From positions 64,172,001 to 64,232,000 of the forward strand of contig OZ076409.1 in the NCBI GenBank assembly GCA_964187785.1: a DNA stretch of 60,000 nucleotides, written 5' to 3'. The DNA is from Amphiscolops sp. MND2022 (Eukaryota). A program made the translations under genes and the position numbers. The notes below the pieces were generated by a model. The model was not told the DNA's origin and searched no databases. It worked only from the letters and a program-made list of their open reading frames with translations. This document shows, one piece after another, positions 44,476-57,199 of the stretch (its first letter is position 1; each line of letters opens with the position of its first letter).

Positions 44476-47400
44476 TAACTTCGCCACGACTCCAATACAA
44501 CGAACTAATATCCGTCCGCCAATACATCAGGTCGGATCCTCCAACGAAAACCTTTCATCAATACAATCAGCAGTTGATTGGTTATACCTCTGTTGTCTGG
44601 CAGCAACAGATGGACAAAGCTATCATCATTACTTACAATAATACCCATTTATTCCAAAAACCAATTCCTCCTTGGGACCATGACTATACAACCACCTTCA
44701 ATACCCGGTTCAGGCCCATTCCCCTGATCGATGATTACAACCCAACATACATCGATCCAGACTATGGCAGAGATCCCTATTGGGACACCGAGCTTTATAA
44801 CCAAGATTTATTGCAATTTCAATATGTCCTGGACGATATTGACCATTATAACAGAACAGTCCACGAGAACCCTCCAATTACCCATAACAAGAAAACACGA
44901 GCACTAATCGAAAACTGGCAAATGAATGATGGTACAAACCATCCAGTGTTCCCAAACCCCCTGGGGACGGAAAATCCTGAAAACAGTGGTGAACTCATGC
45001 CACAATCATTATTAGACGAAAAACAGTTCCAAAATGTACTCATCACCAGAAACGGTGAACCAGACTGCATACCCCGGTCGACCAACATTAACCTCAAATG
45101 CAAGAAGCGCATGCTTTACTTCCCAATGGACTTTGGGGAATTGACCATAGATGGACTGATTGACAGTGGGGCACTATCTAGTGCGATCCCAGAAATGGAC
45201 CTTCGGAAAATTCGCCTTCTATCTCCACAATCTGTCATCCGGGAAGGTCCGCCTCCTAACATCCAAATCATGGTCGCAAATGTGCAATTGGAGACTCCCA
45301 AGAGTACCATAGAGCTCAAATTTGAAGTTGGTGACATCGAATTTCATGAAATTTTCATAGTAATGGAACACTTGACAGGACCAATCATTGGACTAATGTT
45401 CCTTCAACAAAATCATACAGTTCTGGATATGAGACAAGGAATCTTGAATTTCCCGTTCTTTTCCATGCAGCTGAAAACAGCTGACCACAAATACTCTAAC
45501 GTACTAGAACCAATTCTCAACCCTACCGAAATAACCAATCCGCCAAATGATAGAGTCCTAATTAGGACCAATTCCCTATTGTACCCCGAGAATGCTGTCA
45601 CCGGGATACTACAACCGAGCGACCTTCTCCATGAAGAAGGCGACATCACATTTTGCCCAGCTCTAGTCACTCTGAATGACGGCAATATAATGATACCAGT
45701 GAACAACTTCACAGACCACCCTTACAAACTTAAAAAGGGACTTCACATTGCCAATTTCTCTGTTATGACGCCAGAACAGATGAAATATGTCAAACCGGTA
45801 GACCCGGCATCAACCTGGCACCTTTTGCAAAATGACCAAGAACAGGTAGCCCATTACGTCAGCAGTCTCATCAAGACGAATAGAAATCCTCAAAATTCTG
45901 AAAATTACTGGTTCCCAACTCCACAAAAACCCTGGAAACCCTGAGGAACACACACCTATACAGAAACGAACCCTCCCAGAGTTACAGGCCTTACAGGACC
46001 TGGAGACAATCGACCTCACCAAAGATAACGAATCTCGTGCAAAATTTCTAGAAAACTTCGACTGGAAAGATTCCACTCTTACTCTTGAAGAAAAGGAGAA
46101 AATTGAAGAATTACTAGTGGAATTTCATGATATATTTGCACGACACCGATTTGATATAGGCATGAACGAGGAATTCAAGGTGAAATTGACACCTAAGGAT
46201 GACTCCCCAGCTTATAGCCAGAGCCTCCCAGCCCCTATCAACCTAAAGGAGGACATCTTAGTCGAATTGGCCTTGTTACACTAATGTGGCATAATCACCA
46301 CCCTACCATTTTCGAAATATGCGAGTCCAATATTTGCACAAAAGAAACCGAATGGGAAACTCCGACTCTTGGTTGACTTGAGAAAAATCAACAACCTCAT
46401 CTCGGATGATTATATCAATAATAATCACCCCGTTAGTACACTAGTCGATGCCGCCCAACACTTGGCAGGCAAAAAACAGTTCTGTAAATTAGACTGTTCG
46501 CAGGCATACCACTGCCTGCCGATGGCTGACCAGCGTTTGATCGAAATGTTGGCTTTCAATTTTGCCAGTCGCACATTTGCATACAGACGTTTGGCACAAG
46601 GCCTTAGCCGGGCACTGTTAGCATTCTCGAGTTTCATGAGGGAATACCTCGATAAAGTCATTAAAGGGGATCAGTGTGCCCAGTATGTGGACGATATCGG
46701 CATTGCGGCCAATGATGCTGACCACCTCATAGCAAACCTGAGAGCTACGTTCAAATGCATTCCGGAAGCAGGCTTTAAGTTAACAATGCACAAATGTCAC
46801 TTCGGTGCAAAAGAAATTGATTTTCTCGGACGGACTATTACCCCACAAGGCGTCAAACCCCAGAAACTTTCTGGAAAAAACCAAATTCCCGAAGTCAAAA
46901 AAGGCTTCACAGCGCTATTTGGGTTTCTTGAACTACTACAGAAATTATGTCCCAAGACTTTCAGAACGCATTGCTCCATTCTACAAGATGCTGAAAAGTG
47001 ACAAAAACGTCTTGGTATCGAAAGAATTGGTTCAACAATTCGAGGCAATTACCAAAGCACTTGACAAATGTTGCGATTTGGCCCTACAACAGCCCAGTCC
47101 AAACAAGCAAATTGCGCTAATGACTGACGCAAGCTTTGGCGCAGCTGGATACGCAGTCTTAATTGGAGATGATCCGAATCAAAAATTCACGTCGCACAGA
47201 AAGTCCCATGCACCGGTGGCATACGGATCAAAAACCTTCACCCCAGCACAGATCAAGATGTCAATATATGCCAAGGAATATCTTGCAATTTCTTTTGCAT
47301 TCAAAGAATTCGGCCATTTCTTCTAGGGTGCGCCCAAACCGGTCATTATCCTAACTGACAACAAAGCTGTAACACGATTTTTCCAAACAAAAATAATACC

Positions 47401-50400
47401 CCCAGCCCTGTGGAACGCGTGTCATTATGTAATTCAATTCAATTTTGTCATAGCACACATCCCAGGAGCACAAAATACAGCTGCTGACTATTTGTCCCGA
47501 TTGGAAGCCGATCCCAAGGACAAATTAGTGATGAAAATTCGTGAGGATGTACAAACACTACCAATCGAAATCAATGTCCAATCCGCAGGGGTGTCACAAG
47601 AAGAACAAATCTTCTACACCAATGATGACGACGAGACAGAGGAACAGTACTGGGCAAGGAAAGAGACAATCAGGAAAAATCCAGCAACTGATGAGCCCAC
47701 TGTTACTATACAAACTCTGTCAACAAATCTGGTCAAGCAACACCCCGATATACAAGTCCGATTAAGGAAGACGAACCAGATCATTATCGAGCAATCCAAA
47801 GATGCGGTACTACAGCAATTGAAAGCAAAACTGCTTCATGAAGAGTATTCAGAAAATCTACTGCATCAGGATGCCCGATACAGGCACTATGCAAACAAGC
47901 TGGAACGAATTGTACTAAAGGACGAAATCCTGACAAGGCAATACTTTGATGAAACATGGAACGTTAAATACCATCAAGTTCTGCTCCCGCAACACTTACT
48001 CCAGGAACTGCTTCAGTCTCTTCACGGGACAGCGCATAGACATCCTGGCATCTCAAAAATGTTGCAGAAAATCCGACAAAGTTATTACTACCCTAGCATG
48101 GCCAAACACGTCAAAAAATGGGTAGAGGGGTGTGAGGAATGCGCAAGAGACAAGCGAATCCCCAACGCAACAATTACGCCTGAAATACTCAATTTGCCCG
48201 AATGGGACCTTGGACCTGAAGACGCCATGCAAATCGACCAATTGCCGAATCTTCCCCCAAGTGGAGGATTTGAAAATGTCCTAACAGCAATTGACGTATT
48301 TTCCAGATATTTGTTCGCCTATCCGCTTACGGTTGCATCGACGATCAACGTAGCAAAAGCGCTCATTGACATTATGACCAAGCATGCTTACCGACAACAC
48401 TTATCACTGACAAGGGTACTGCATTTACTTCCACGATCATTGCGGAAATTACACAAGTTTTGGGCATAACACTCAAATGTGCAACAACAAAACACCCACA
48501 AACAATTGGAAAATTGGAGTGGCCCCATGCCTCACTGAAAACAAACCTCAAAATGGCATTTGGAGAATACTGCCGACAATGGCACAAATACTTGCCATTA
48601 GCAGTACTAATTATCATTCCGCAAGATGATTTTTACGTCATAACGTGGGAAACCGACTTTGGAGAGCAGCTTGTTACACGAGGCAACGAACCTATTCCGA
48701 CTAGCTTGCCAAATGGTGAACAACAGAATGCGGCAGAACTGATTCAAAGTGACGTAGACGAGAAAGAAGCGGATTACATAATCACGCGAGAAGAATTAAA
48801 CAACGACAATGCGGCGCACAGCCAGAACGACCGCTTAAGTGATGACGTCACTAAAAGAAATGAAGCTACTGCAGTGACAGGAAATGAAGAATCTGATTGG
48901 CCGAATCCGGCCGTTTCCCCAAAAAACCAAGAAAAATCTTTGCCGAATACGGCAGATAGACCGGAAAACGATGAAATTTTTCCAGAAAGAAACTCGATGA
49001 ATGAAGACGATGTACAAAATTCTCCTAAAAAGGGGGATGATATTATCGTGCCGGAAAAATATCGCAAGATGATACTAGAAATGAAAGTCTGAGCCCTGAG
49101 GAGGGAAATGTAATCTCAGGCCTAACCCGAACCCAAACTACTCAGAAGACCTCAGATACCAGAAAAGACTGAATTCAGTTCAGGAAACAAGCCCTGAATT
49201 TTCTCTTTTTCTCTTATCTTTTATCATGTTTTTTATCTCAGTCCCATGCGAGAAAGTATTTTGAATAAATAATGGGACGTATGAAAGATCCCTTGCAAAG
49301 AAAATAATACGGGATCAAGAAATCAAAGGAAAGAAATGCATATAAATAATGGCAACAAAACAGAAAATGAACAAAGTTTACAGTTTGCAAGTACATAAAT
49401 ACATATGTACACGTAGTTTTTAGAACCATTAGCAGGGGATTCTTCGGCGACAGATGAGGCTCTACTACGGAAACGACTTCGTTCCATCCGTCTACGTTTA
49501 CTATCACTGGGCAGCTTGACAGCAGGAGCATCACGCACAGAAGGAGTATCAGCAAAACTAGGACTCCTAAAATGGAATTCTGACCCAGAGAGAACAGAGC
49601 GATAGGAGACAAGAGTCTTGTAAATTGCGGAACGTCCGAAAATGTCTACATAGGCCCAGGGATCGTAATCGGCAGTGAAAGCTGATTGCCCAATCGACGA
49701 GGACCACTGGAAGAACTTCTCAAGTCGGGACTCAGTGCGGCAGGCAATCAAAGAATCAGGCACTGATGACAGATAACTCTGGCAGGGCAAGATAACGTCT
49801 TCTAAACGAGACTGAAATCCTTTTGTGTCTATTTTCCCCAAAGAAACCGGGGGATATTCGGGACTAATAGAAGTAACACATAGACAGCTCAATTTGAATA
49901 AGTAGCAAAGATGCTCGTGGGTCTGGAGGAATTCTGAATCCATGAAGAAATTGATGAGGTCAGGAGAGTCACTGGCTGAGCTGAATTCAGAAGAGTGGTT
50001 AGTTCGGAGGTAGTCCAGCAAGGCAACATACTCGTCCCGGCAAACTGATTCGTTGGACGCCGAAACCCAAGAGTGCAACTGAAATGTAGAATACAGGCGA
50101 TCGAAATGCCGTAAAGCAACTTCCACGGGCCTCTTGAACAGGATATACGGATCGAACGCAGCCAGTCATTTGACGAGATCGGAACCGAGTTCGGTGTGCT
50201 GGAGGACCCCCGACAACAGAAACTTGATGAAGTCCTTAGCACTTGCCACAAAATCTGACCTAGCCGTTTCAGCGTTCTTGTTGATGGCTGCTTTGCTTGA
50301 CTTCTTATTAAAATGAAGTCCGGCTGCTTTCAGGTTGCTCGCAGTGGTCACCTTACTGGCAACGAACCTATTCCGACTAGCTTGCCAAATCGTGAACAAC

Positions 50401-50837
50401 AGAATGCGGCAGAAATGATTCAAAGTGACGTAGACGAGAAAGAAGCGGATTACATAATCACGCGAGAAGAATTAAACAACGACAATGCGGCGCACAGCCA
50501 GAACGACCGCTTAAGTGATGACGTCACTAAAAGAAATGAAGCTACTGCAGTGACAGGAAATGAAGAATCTGATTGGCCGAATCCGGCCGTTTCCCCAAAA
50601 AACCAAGAAAAATCTTTGCCGAATACGGCAGATAGACCGGAAAACGATGAAATTTTTCCAGAAAGAAACTCGATGAATGAAGACGATGTACAAAATTCTC
50701 CTAAAAGGGGGGATGATATTATCGTGCCCGAAATATCGCAAGATGATACTAGAAATGAAAGTCTGAGCCCTAGAGGAGGGAAATATAATCTCAGGCCTAA
50801 CCCTAACCCAAACTACTCAGAAGACTTCAGATACTAG
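44475..50837 (+). pseudogene. pol: Pol of E2, disrupted; integrase C-terminal part deleted near 48610 and 3' tail duplicated
   Basis: LIDSGA, KLDCSQAY, QYVDD, MTDAS, HGTAHRHPG...CEEC; several stops and frameshifts; tail KYNLRPNPNPNYSEDFRY ends at 50837. Confidence 0.92.
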
Positions 50838-52033
50838 AAAAGACTGAATTCAGTTCAGGAAACAAGCCCTGAATTTTCTCCTTTTCTCTTATCTGTTATC
50901 ATGTTTTTTATCTCAGTCCCATGCGAGAAAGTATTTTGAATAAATAATGGGACGTATGAAAGATCCCTTGCAAAGAAAATAATACGGGATCAAGAAATCA
51001 AAGGAAAGAAATGCATATAAATAATGGCAACAAAACAGAAAATGAACAAAGTTTACAGTTTGCAAGTACATAAATACATATGTACAATTGGTTTTTAGAA
51101 CCATTAGCAGGGGATTCTTCGGCGACAGATGAGGCTCTACTACGGAAACGATTTCGTTCCATCCGTCTACGTTTACTATCACTGGGCAGCTTGACAGCAG
51201 GAGCATCACGCACAGAAGGAGTATCAGCAAAACTAGGACTCCTAAAATGGAATTCTGACCCAGAGAGAACAGAGCGATAGGAGGAGACAAGAGTCTTGTA
51301 AATCGCGGAACGTCCGAAAATGTCTACATAGGCCCAGGGATCGTAATCGGCAGTGAAAACTGATTGCCCAATCGACGAGGACCACTGGAAGAACTTTTCA
51401 AGTCGGGACTCAGTGCGGCAGGCAATCAAAGAATAAGGCACTGATGACATATAACTCTGGCAGGGCAAGATCACGTCTGTTAAACGAGACTGAAATCCTT
51501 TTGTGTCTAATTTCCCCAAAGAAACCGGGGGATATTCGGGACTAATAGAAGTAACACATAGACAGCTCAATTTGAATAAGTAGCAAAGATGCTCGTGGGT
51601 CTGGAGGAATTCTAAATCCTTGAAGAAATTGATGAGGTCAGGAGAGTCACTGGCTGAGCTGAATTCAGAAGAGTGGTTAGTTCGGAGGTAGTCCAGCAAG
51701 GCAACATACTCGTCCCGGCAAACTGATTTGTTGGACGCCGAAACCCAAGAGCGCAACTGAAATGTACAATACAGGCGATCGAAATGCCGTAAAGCAACTT
51801 CCACGGGCCTCTTGAACAGGATATACGGATCGAACGCAGCCAGTCCTTTGACGAGATCGGAACCGAGCTCGGTGTGCTGGAGGACCCCCGACAACAAACT
51901 TGATGAAGTCCTTAGCACTTGCTACAAAATCTGACCTAGCCGTTTCAGCGGTCTTGTTGATGACTGCTTTGCTTGACTTCTTATTAAAATGAAGTCCGGC
52001 TGCTTTCAGGTTGCTCGCAGTGGTCACCTTACT
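48682..52033. repeat. Tandem duplication of 1676 bp inside E2 (48682-50357 and 50358-52033)
   Basis: Junction CACCTTACT|GGCAACGAACC at 50357/50358; both copies hold the pol tail and the 3' part of the antisense gene. Confidence 0.93.
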
Positions 52034-55000
52034 GTCAATTTTGAGACGCACCAGAAAGTCCTCGTCATCCATAAGTTTGCCTTGACTGATCCGGAAGTCC
52101 ATCAGCAAGAACCAAGCGTTCTCCAGAGGTACTGTGTCAGGCTGATAGATGCGAAAGCAAAGGCGATTAATGTATTTGCATACCTCTCCACATAGGAAGA
52201 AAGAAGCATCTCGTCTCTGGCTCAAATTGATGACGAAACTAGTGACATCTAGAACATAAAACCCTAAAGGTCCCTAAAAGGACAACAGACTGAAGTGACT
52301 TTAGCAAACTAGAAATACTTACAATCGCTGACCAAGCATTGAAATAATTCCAATTTGACGACGAAGAAGTTGTCCATGATGAGAGACCACTCAAAACTCT
52401 GGACCTGTGAAACACATGATGTAGATACAAGACAATAACCCTACATATGCCAGCGAAAGGGAGCGGTCACTAAGACTCTCTCCGGGAGGAGATAAGTATT
52501 TCTCATAGATATAACCTTGTTATGGACTCCTTGATTTTCTTGCCGTCGTGAGTGGACAGTAAGGTAGCGAAGTATCGATTTCCATCTCTTCAGTAAGTCA
52601 CGGCACAGATCAGGTATCTTGACTACTTCTAGCTTGCAGGTCGTGATTGCCTAAACAAAATTGTTCTTAGGGTTTAAGTCCCGTTCGTTGTTGATTGCCA
52701 CTCCCCCCTTGCCGGGGTTGTGCAGATTAAATTCATAAGGCGGACTTACCCGGACTAGTTCAGTAGATTCCGTGATCCAGTCCTCAGATAGGCATCCTCC
52801 GAGTGAAACCAGAAGACTTTGGAGGACAGAAAACATGTCTATATAACCGAACACCCTATAATTCTTCTTGTGCATTAGAACCCGCAGGTCAAGTGACTCA
52901 AAGCGGAAGCAGCTTTGGACGCCTCGTGGATAGGAGGGATGCTCGTCCACTGTCCTAATCAGGTTGACAGCACATCCTGAAATCGCGACTACGTCAGGAG
53001 CAGTTGAAATGGCAGACAGTAGTCGAGACAGAGAACCCAGTTCCTCGGTGAGCCCTACGCCAGCGATGCCACTTCGGCAAATGAAGACACGACAGAGTTT
53101 CGCACCTTTCCAGTACCGGAGGGACGTGAAGCGGTTGGTTCCTCTCCTCTCAAATTCAATCCCAGAATGTTGGGAAGCGGCAACCTGTTCGGCTATGTCC
53201 TCCATCATGCAATTGAAGACGTGTTGGAAGATGGTCTGAAATGGAACAAATTTGAATAATTACGTGATCCTGTTCTTCTGAGTCCCTATTATGCTACACA
53301 TGGCCTTACAGGAGAACAGTCAGGTGAACTTACCATTATGTGAGCTTCACTCCAGTCGAAATCTTGGAAGGCTGCCTGGAACCCCGTGTAGCTCCCTGCT
53401 CTCGACCACAGTTTGCGGAGGATGACTAAGTCACCTGAGTCCTTGATGAAATCACCCAGGAGGCAAATTTGAGTCTGCAAACGCGATTGAGGGGTAATTG
53501 CAGCTGAAGTGTGCCCTTTCAAGTAGTCTTCGTAGAAAGGAAGTCTTTCGCCGACGTCAACAAGCTCAGTGTTAATGAACTTGGGAAGCTCATGTGCGAG
53601 GTCAATCTTGTTGAGGATTTTGCCATTCCTCCCTCGAACCCTATGTTGGATCTTCCCGGTCACCGGATCAGTAGTCTTGAGATGTTCGTATCACCATCTC
53701 TGGTCACGACGAAGATGTTTTTCCGTCCTATGATGGCGCAAGATCTCAACGTTGCCTTTGGTCTTGATACTGAAGTTCTTTTTACACATGTGGCACCACA
53801 CCATGTGAGGGTTATGGAGAGGATCGGCTGGGCCGGAAATAAAGGACCTCGTCCACCCTATCTTGGAAAAGAACTCCTTCCGCATTGGCACTCCCCGTCT
53901 TGGCGTTCTCTTGGACTTGCTGATTTTGGTCGTAGGTACTCCTTGTCGGGACTTTCGACCAGGGGACCGATCTCGGATCTCCGATAAGGTTATATCAAGG
54001 CTACTCTTCTCTGCTGTTTCGGTCTCTTCTCCGGACGAGTTTGGTGGTGGTCTCTGTTGCACCACTGTGGTGAGGTTCTCGGAAAGTTCTGTTGTAGGTC
54101 CGATCAATCAGGGCCATCTCTGTAGGGCTATCACTATCATCAAGATAAGGAAAGTCGCTAACATCTTGGAGCACGCTTGCGTCGGCAAAGGATCCAGGCC
54201 CAGAACTGTGTTCGGCCAAGGATTCATCGGAACTGGACGCAACTGGCTGAATAAGTCCAGGTGTGGAAGATCGGGCTCGCGACCGGAACTTCTCGGAGCG
54301 TGACGGGATTGCCACTGGTGTCCCTCTGACGGCTCCAAGTACCATCCTCTCCAAGGATGAACAAGTCATGTTTATGGCTTCGTCGGTTAGATCTCGAAGC
54401 AGATGGTAGACTTGCGGCTCCGCAAAGGCTACAACCCTCTGTCCGACCGGGAATGTGTAGGGGTCCTCAGTCTCGAAATACTGCTTCAGGGTCGCTCTGC
54501 TTTGTCCTGAAAGATCCCGCAATACTTTTTCCTGGGGCTGCTGGGCAAACTTGGACGTTCCCGGTTGTCCTGGATCATGCGTCTTTGACCCTGAGTCTTC
54601 ACATCCGCCCGACGCTGCTTCAGTACAGAAAGGAATGTCTCATATAAGAGGGGACAATCAGATTGACTGGTAGTTTCCACAGTCTGGTTGTTATCACTGT
54701 GATCTCCTGCGGCTCTGGGCTGTTCAGCTCCTCCGGGAAGCGGAGGAGGTTCATGTGCTGAAGATGAGGCCTCCCCATCAGATTGCAGGTGAGAGACTGT
54801 AGGTGTTTCACGAACCTGGTCTCGGGTAAATTGTAATTCGGGGAGATCAGTTTGTGGTTGTGGCACCACTGACAATGAGGATTCGAGCAATGAGAGGCTG
54901 ACCACTTCTGTTCTGGTCTGCTCAAGTGGAGTTGGCGTGCTGGCCCTCACAAACCCGGAAGCCTGATTCATACCTTGGGCATTTTGGCTTTGGGCCGTAA

Positions 55001-55306
55001 AAGGCCCCCTCTCAGTAAGGTTAGCATGGTCAGTCCCAGTGAGTTCCTGTGAAGCTTCAATTTGTTGGACCACCTCATCCGCGTAAGCTGTGACGTCAAT
55101 GTTACTCTCATTGCTGAAAGGAGAGTCGGCAACCATCTGCGGTGTTTGACTGAGAACAGCTCTAATTGGAGGAAATGGAGGCGGAGAGGGAACTGGATTG
55201 GTAATAGCCCTTGAAACTGGAACAGGAATCGAACTTTGAGAAAGCTCAGCGAGATTGACAGTTGCGGTGTTGGTTTGGGATTGGTGGTCATCAGCATTCG
55301 GATTAT
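51088..55306 (-). pseudogene. Spliced antisense gene of E2: BED-like zinc finger plus degenerate hAT-transposase-like protein
   Basis: Predicted exons 55306-53334, 53235-52750, 52650-52516, 52404-52323, 52248-~51088 with in-frame GT-AG introns. Motif VWCHMCKKNFSIKTKGNVEILRHHRTEKH. Frameshifts ~54520, ~54107, ~51895 and stop at 53691. Confidence 0.82.
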
Positions 55307-56428
55307 CTAAACAGAAGGAGATGAAATTTGGCGGTAAGCTTCCTTGAAAGAAATCCAGTATACCGCATTAGAAAACTTCTGGAAGTGTCTTGAAAATTTG
55401 AATGAAATGAGTTATCACGCGCTCATTAGTGGAAACAGGAAGTATATTGTGAACGAAATTTGACCCTGATCAAGTTGAATTAGTTTAAAATAAAAAACTC
55501 GAACCAACTTGTACTTGAAGACATTCTGTTGAGGGTACCTTCTCGGAGATGATATTGGTCCGGATAGGGTTGATGAAGAGGAAACAAGCTAATTGCTGCT
55601 ATGCCGTGAAAAGGGGATCAGTAGTACCCCGGAGAGAAGCAAAAAGGAGAGTCGGCAACGAAGCTGGATGTGGGCTGAGACAAGTGCTGATCAAGTGGTT
55701 TTGAATAAAATATAAACGGAATTCAAATGGAATTGGAATGTTAAAGCAAAGTGATGATAAAGATTGGAGAGTTGGAGTTCGTGGCTGAAGAAGATTACCA
55801 GACTAATATTATTTAGCTATCTACATGGTTAAAATTGTGCATGGAATCTGCCAGTGAATTGTACAAGGATCTCTTCATTTGTTACAGTTTACTTAGTTAG
55901 TAGCCATTTACGGCCGTTTGCCCTGTTTTGTTTTACCACTTCGTTCAGTTACCATAGTTACCCTTGGTTAAAATTTTCGCCATTTTGGACTATTTAGGTT
56001 TATTATTTTCGCCATATTTATTATTCATTTTACAATTTATCAAAGCTTGTCGCTGATTGGACGAAGCCATTTTGAGAAAGATTGGGTGTCGCATGCCGTT
56101 AATTGCTTTCAGGCGAGTCGATATTTACCCACTTAAGAGGGAAATATTTGATATCAACAACTTGAGTGCTGTTCACACCCTCTTTGATGATGACTTAGAT
56201 GAAGGGTAAACATCAAGTTAACAGGGGCCGCCAGCCAGTTAAGGAATTCCATTCGGGAAAGTTTACGATTGATCAGGGTAATCGACCGAAGATTTAACCG
56301 CCAAAGTGGAAACTTCGGGAAAAGGCCTGATTCGGCTCACTTCTAGGAGGCAGTCAATTCATTCTGATTTCAAACCCGCTGAAGACAACTCACCCTACAA
56401 AACTCTCAAAATTGCGAAGAAGTCCATA

Positions 56429-57199
56429 ATGAATAAATTCAACAAAGCAAGAAAGCTTTTTGGCTTCTTAGACTTCAGTTCAGATTCATCAAATGATTCA
56501 GTGATCTACATAAGCAGCGATGACGACACCTCTGACGGGTGGAACTCTGACTGGTCATCGGACACTGAAGAAATGGTGAGAGGGGTCGAAGCGCAGGTAC
56601 AGGCCCGTCCCATACCAATTGTTGGAAGAAGGATGACGACAGCAAGCGACGAACCGGGCACTAGTACCATGTTCTCCGGATTACAAACTACGCCTAAATT
56701 GGATAGGGCCTACTTTGACGAGAAAATTTGTTATGCCCCTCCATAAGGCAATACAAAAAGGAAGATTGAGTTGTGCAAAACAATTTTGCCGGTTGTGGAA
56801 TCACCTATGTTGCCCCCTCCCCATGAAAGGGGACCTTCTCTGGATACGCCTTTATCGCAACCCAAGATTAGTGATTTTCACGCATCCTACCACATACAAA
56901 ACGCATTGCCCTATGCAGATATCAGTGCCGAAAGATGCAAGAGTTGCATGGTATGTGGGAAATCTGTGGATGAAATCCAAGCCGCAAAAATAGTGAAATA
57001 CATGGAAGCCTCAACGCCGAGAAGTGAGCCGGCCTATATTACGGCACTCACGAGAGAAGCCTATATTAACGGTCTCAACGCGGAAAGTCTTCTTTTCATT
57101 GCACCCGCTGTGTCGCAGGCTGCCGCCTGTGACGGCACAAAGTTGACGACAACAGCAGTAGGACAGGAGGCAGTGCCAGGAACATTGCCAATATACTAG
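56429..57199 (+). pseudogene. Extra sense ORF (ORF3) of E2, one in-frame stop at 56744-56746; ends inside the 3' LTR
   Basis: VIYISSDDD near the N-terminus; CMVCGKSVDEI...AYING...SQAAACDG homologous to E1 ORF3. Confidence 0.72.

Larger units (their letters stand above)
42766..44478 (+). pseudogene. gag: Gag of E2, starting inside the 5' LTR
   Basis: One frame from ATG 42766, with stops at 43222 (GAA in the 3' LTR copy) and 44176. FDGKSEKFELFEDLFHT; CN*CKEKGHMVKDC and CGTCGKKN knuckles. Confidence 0.88.
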
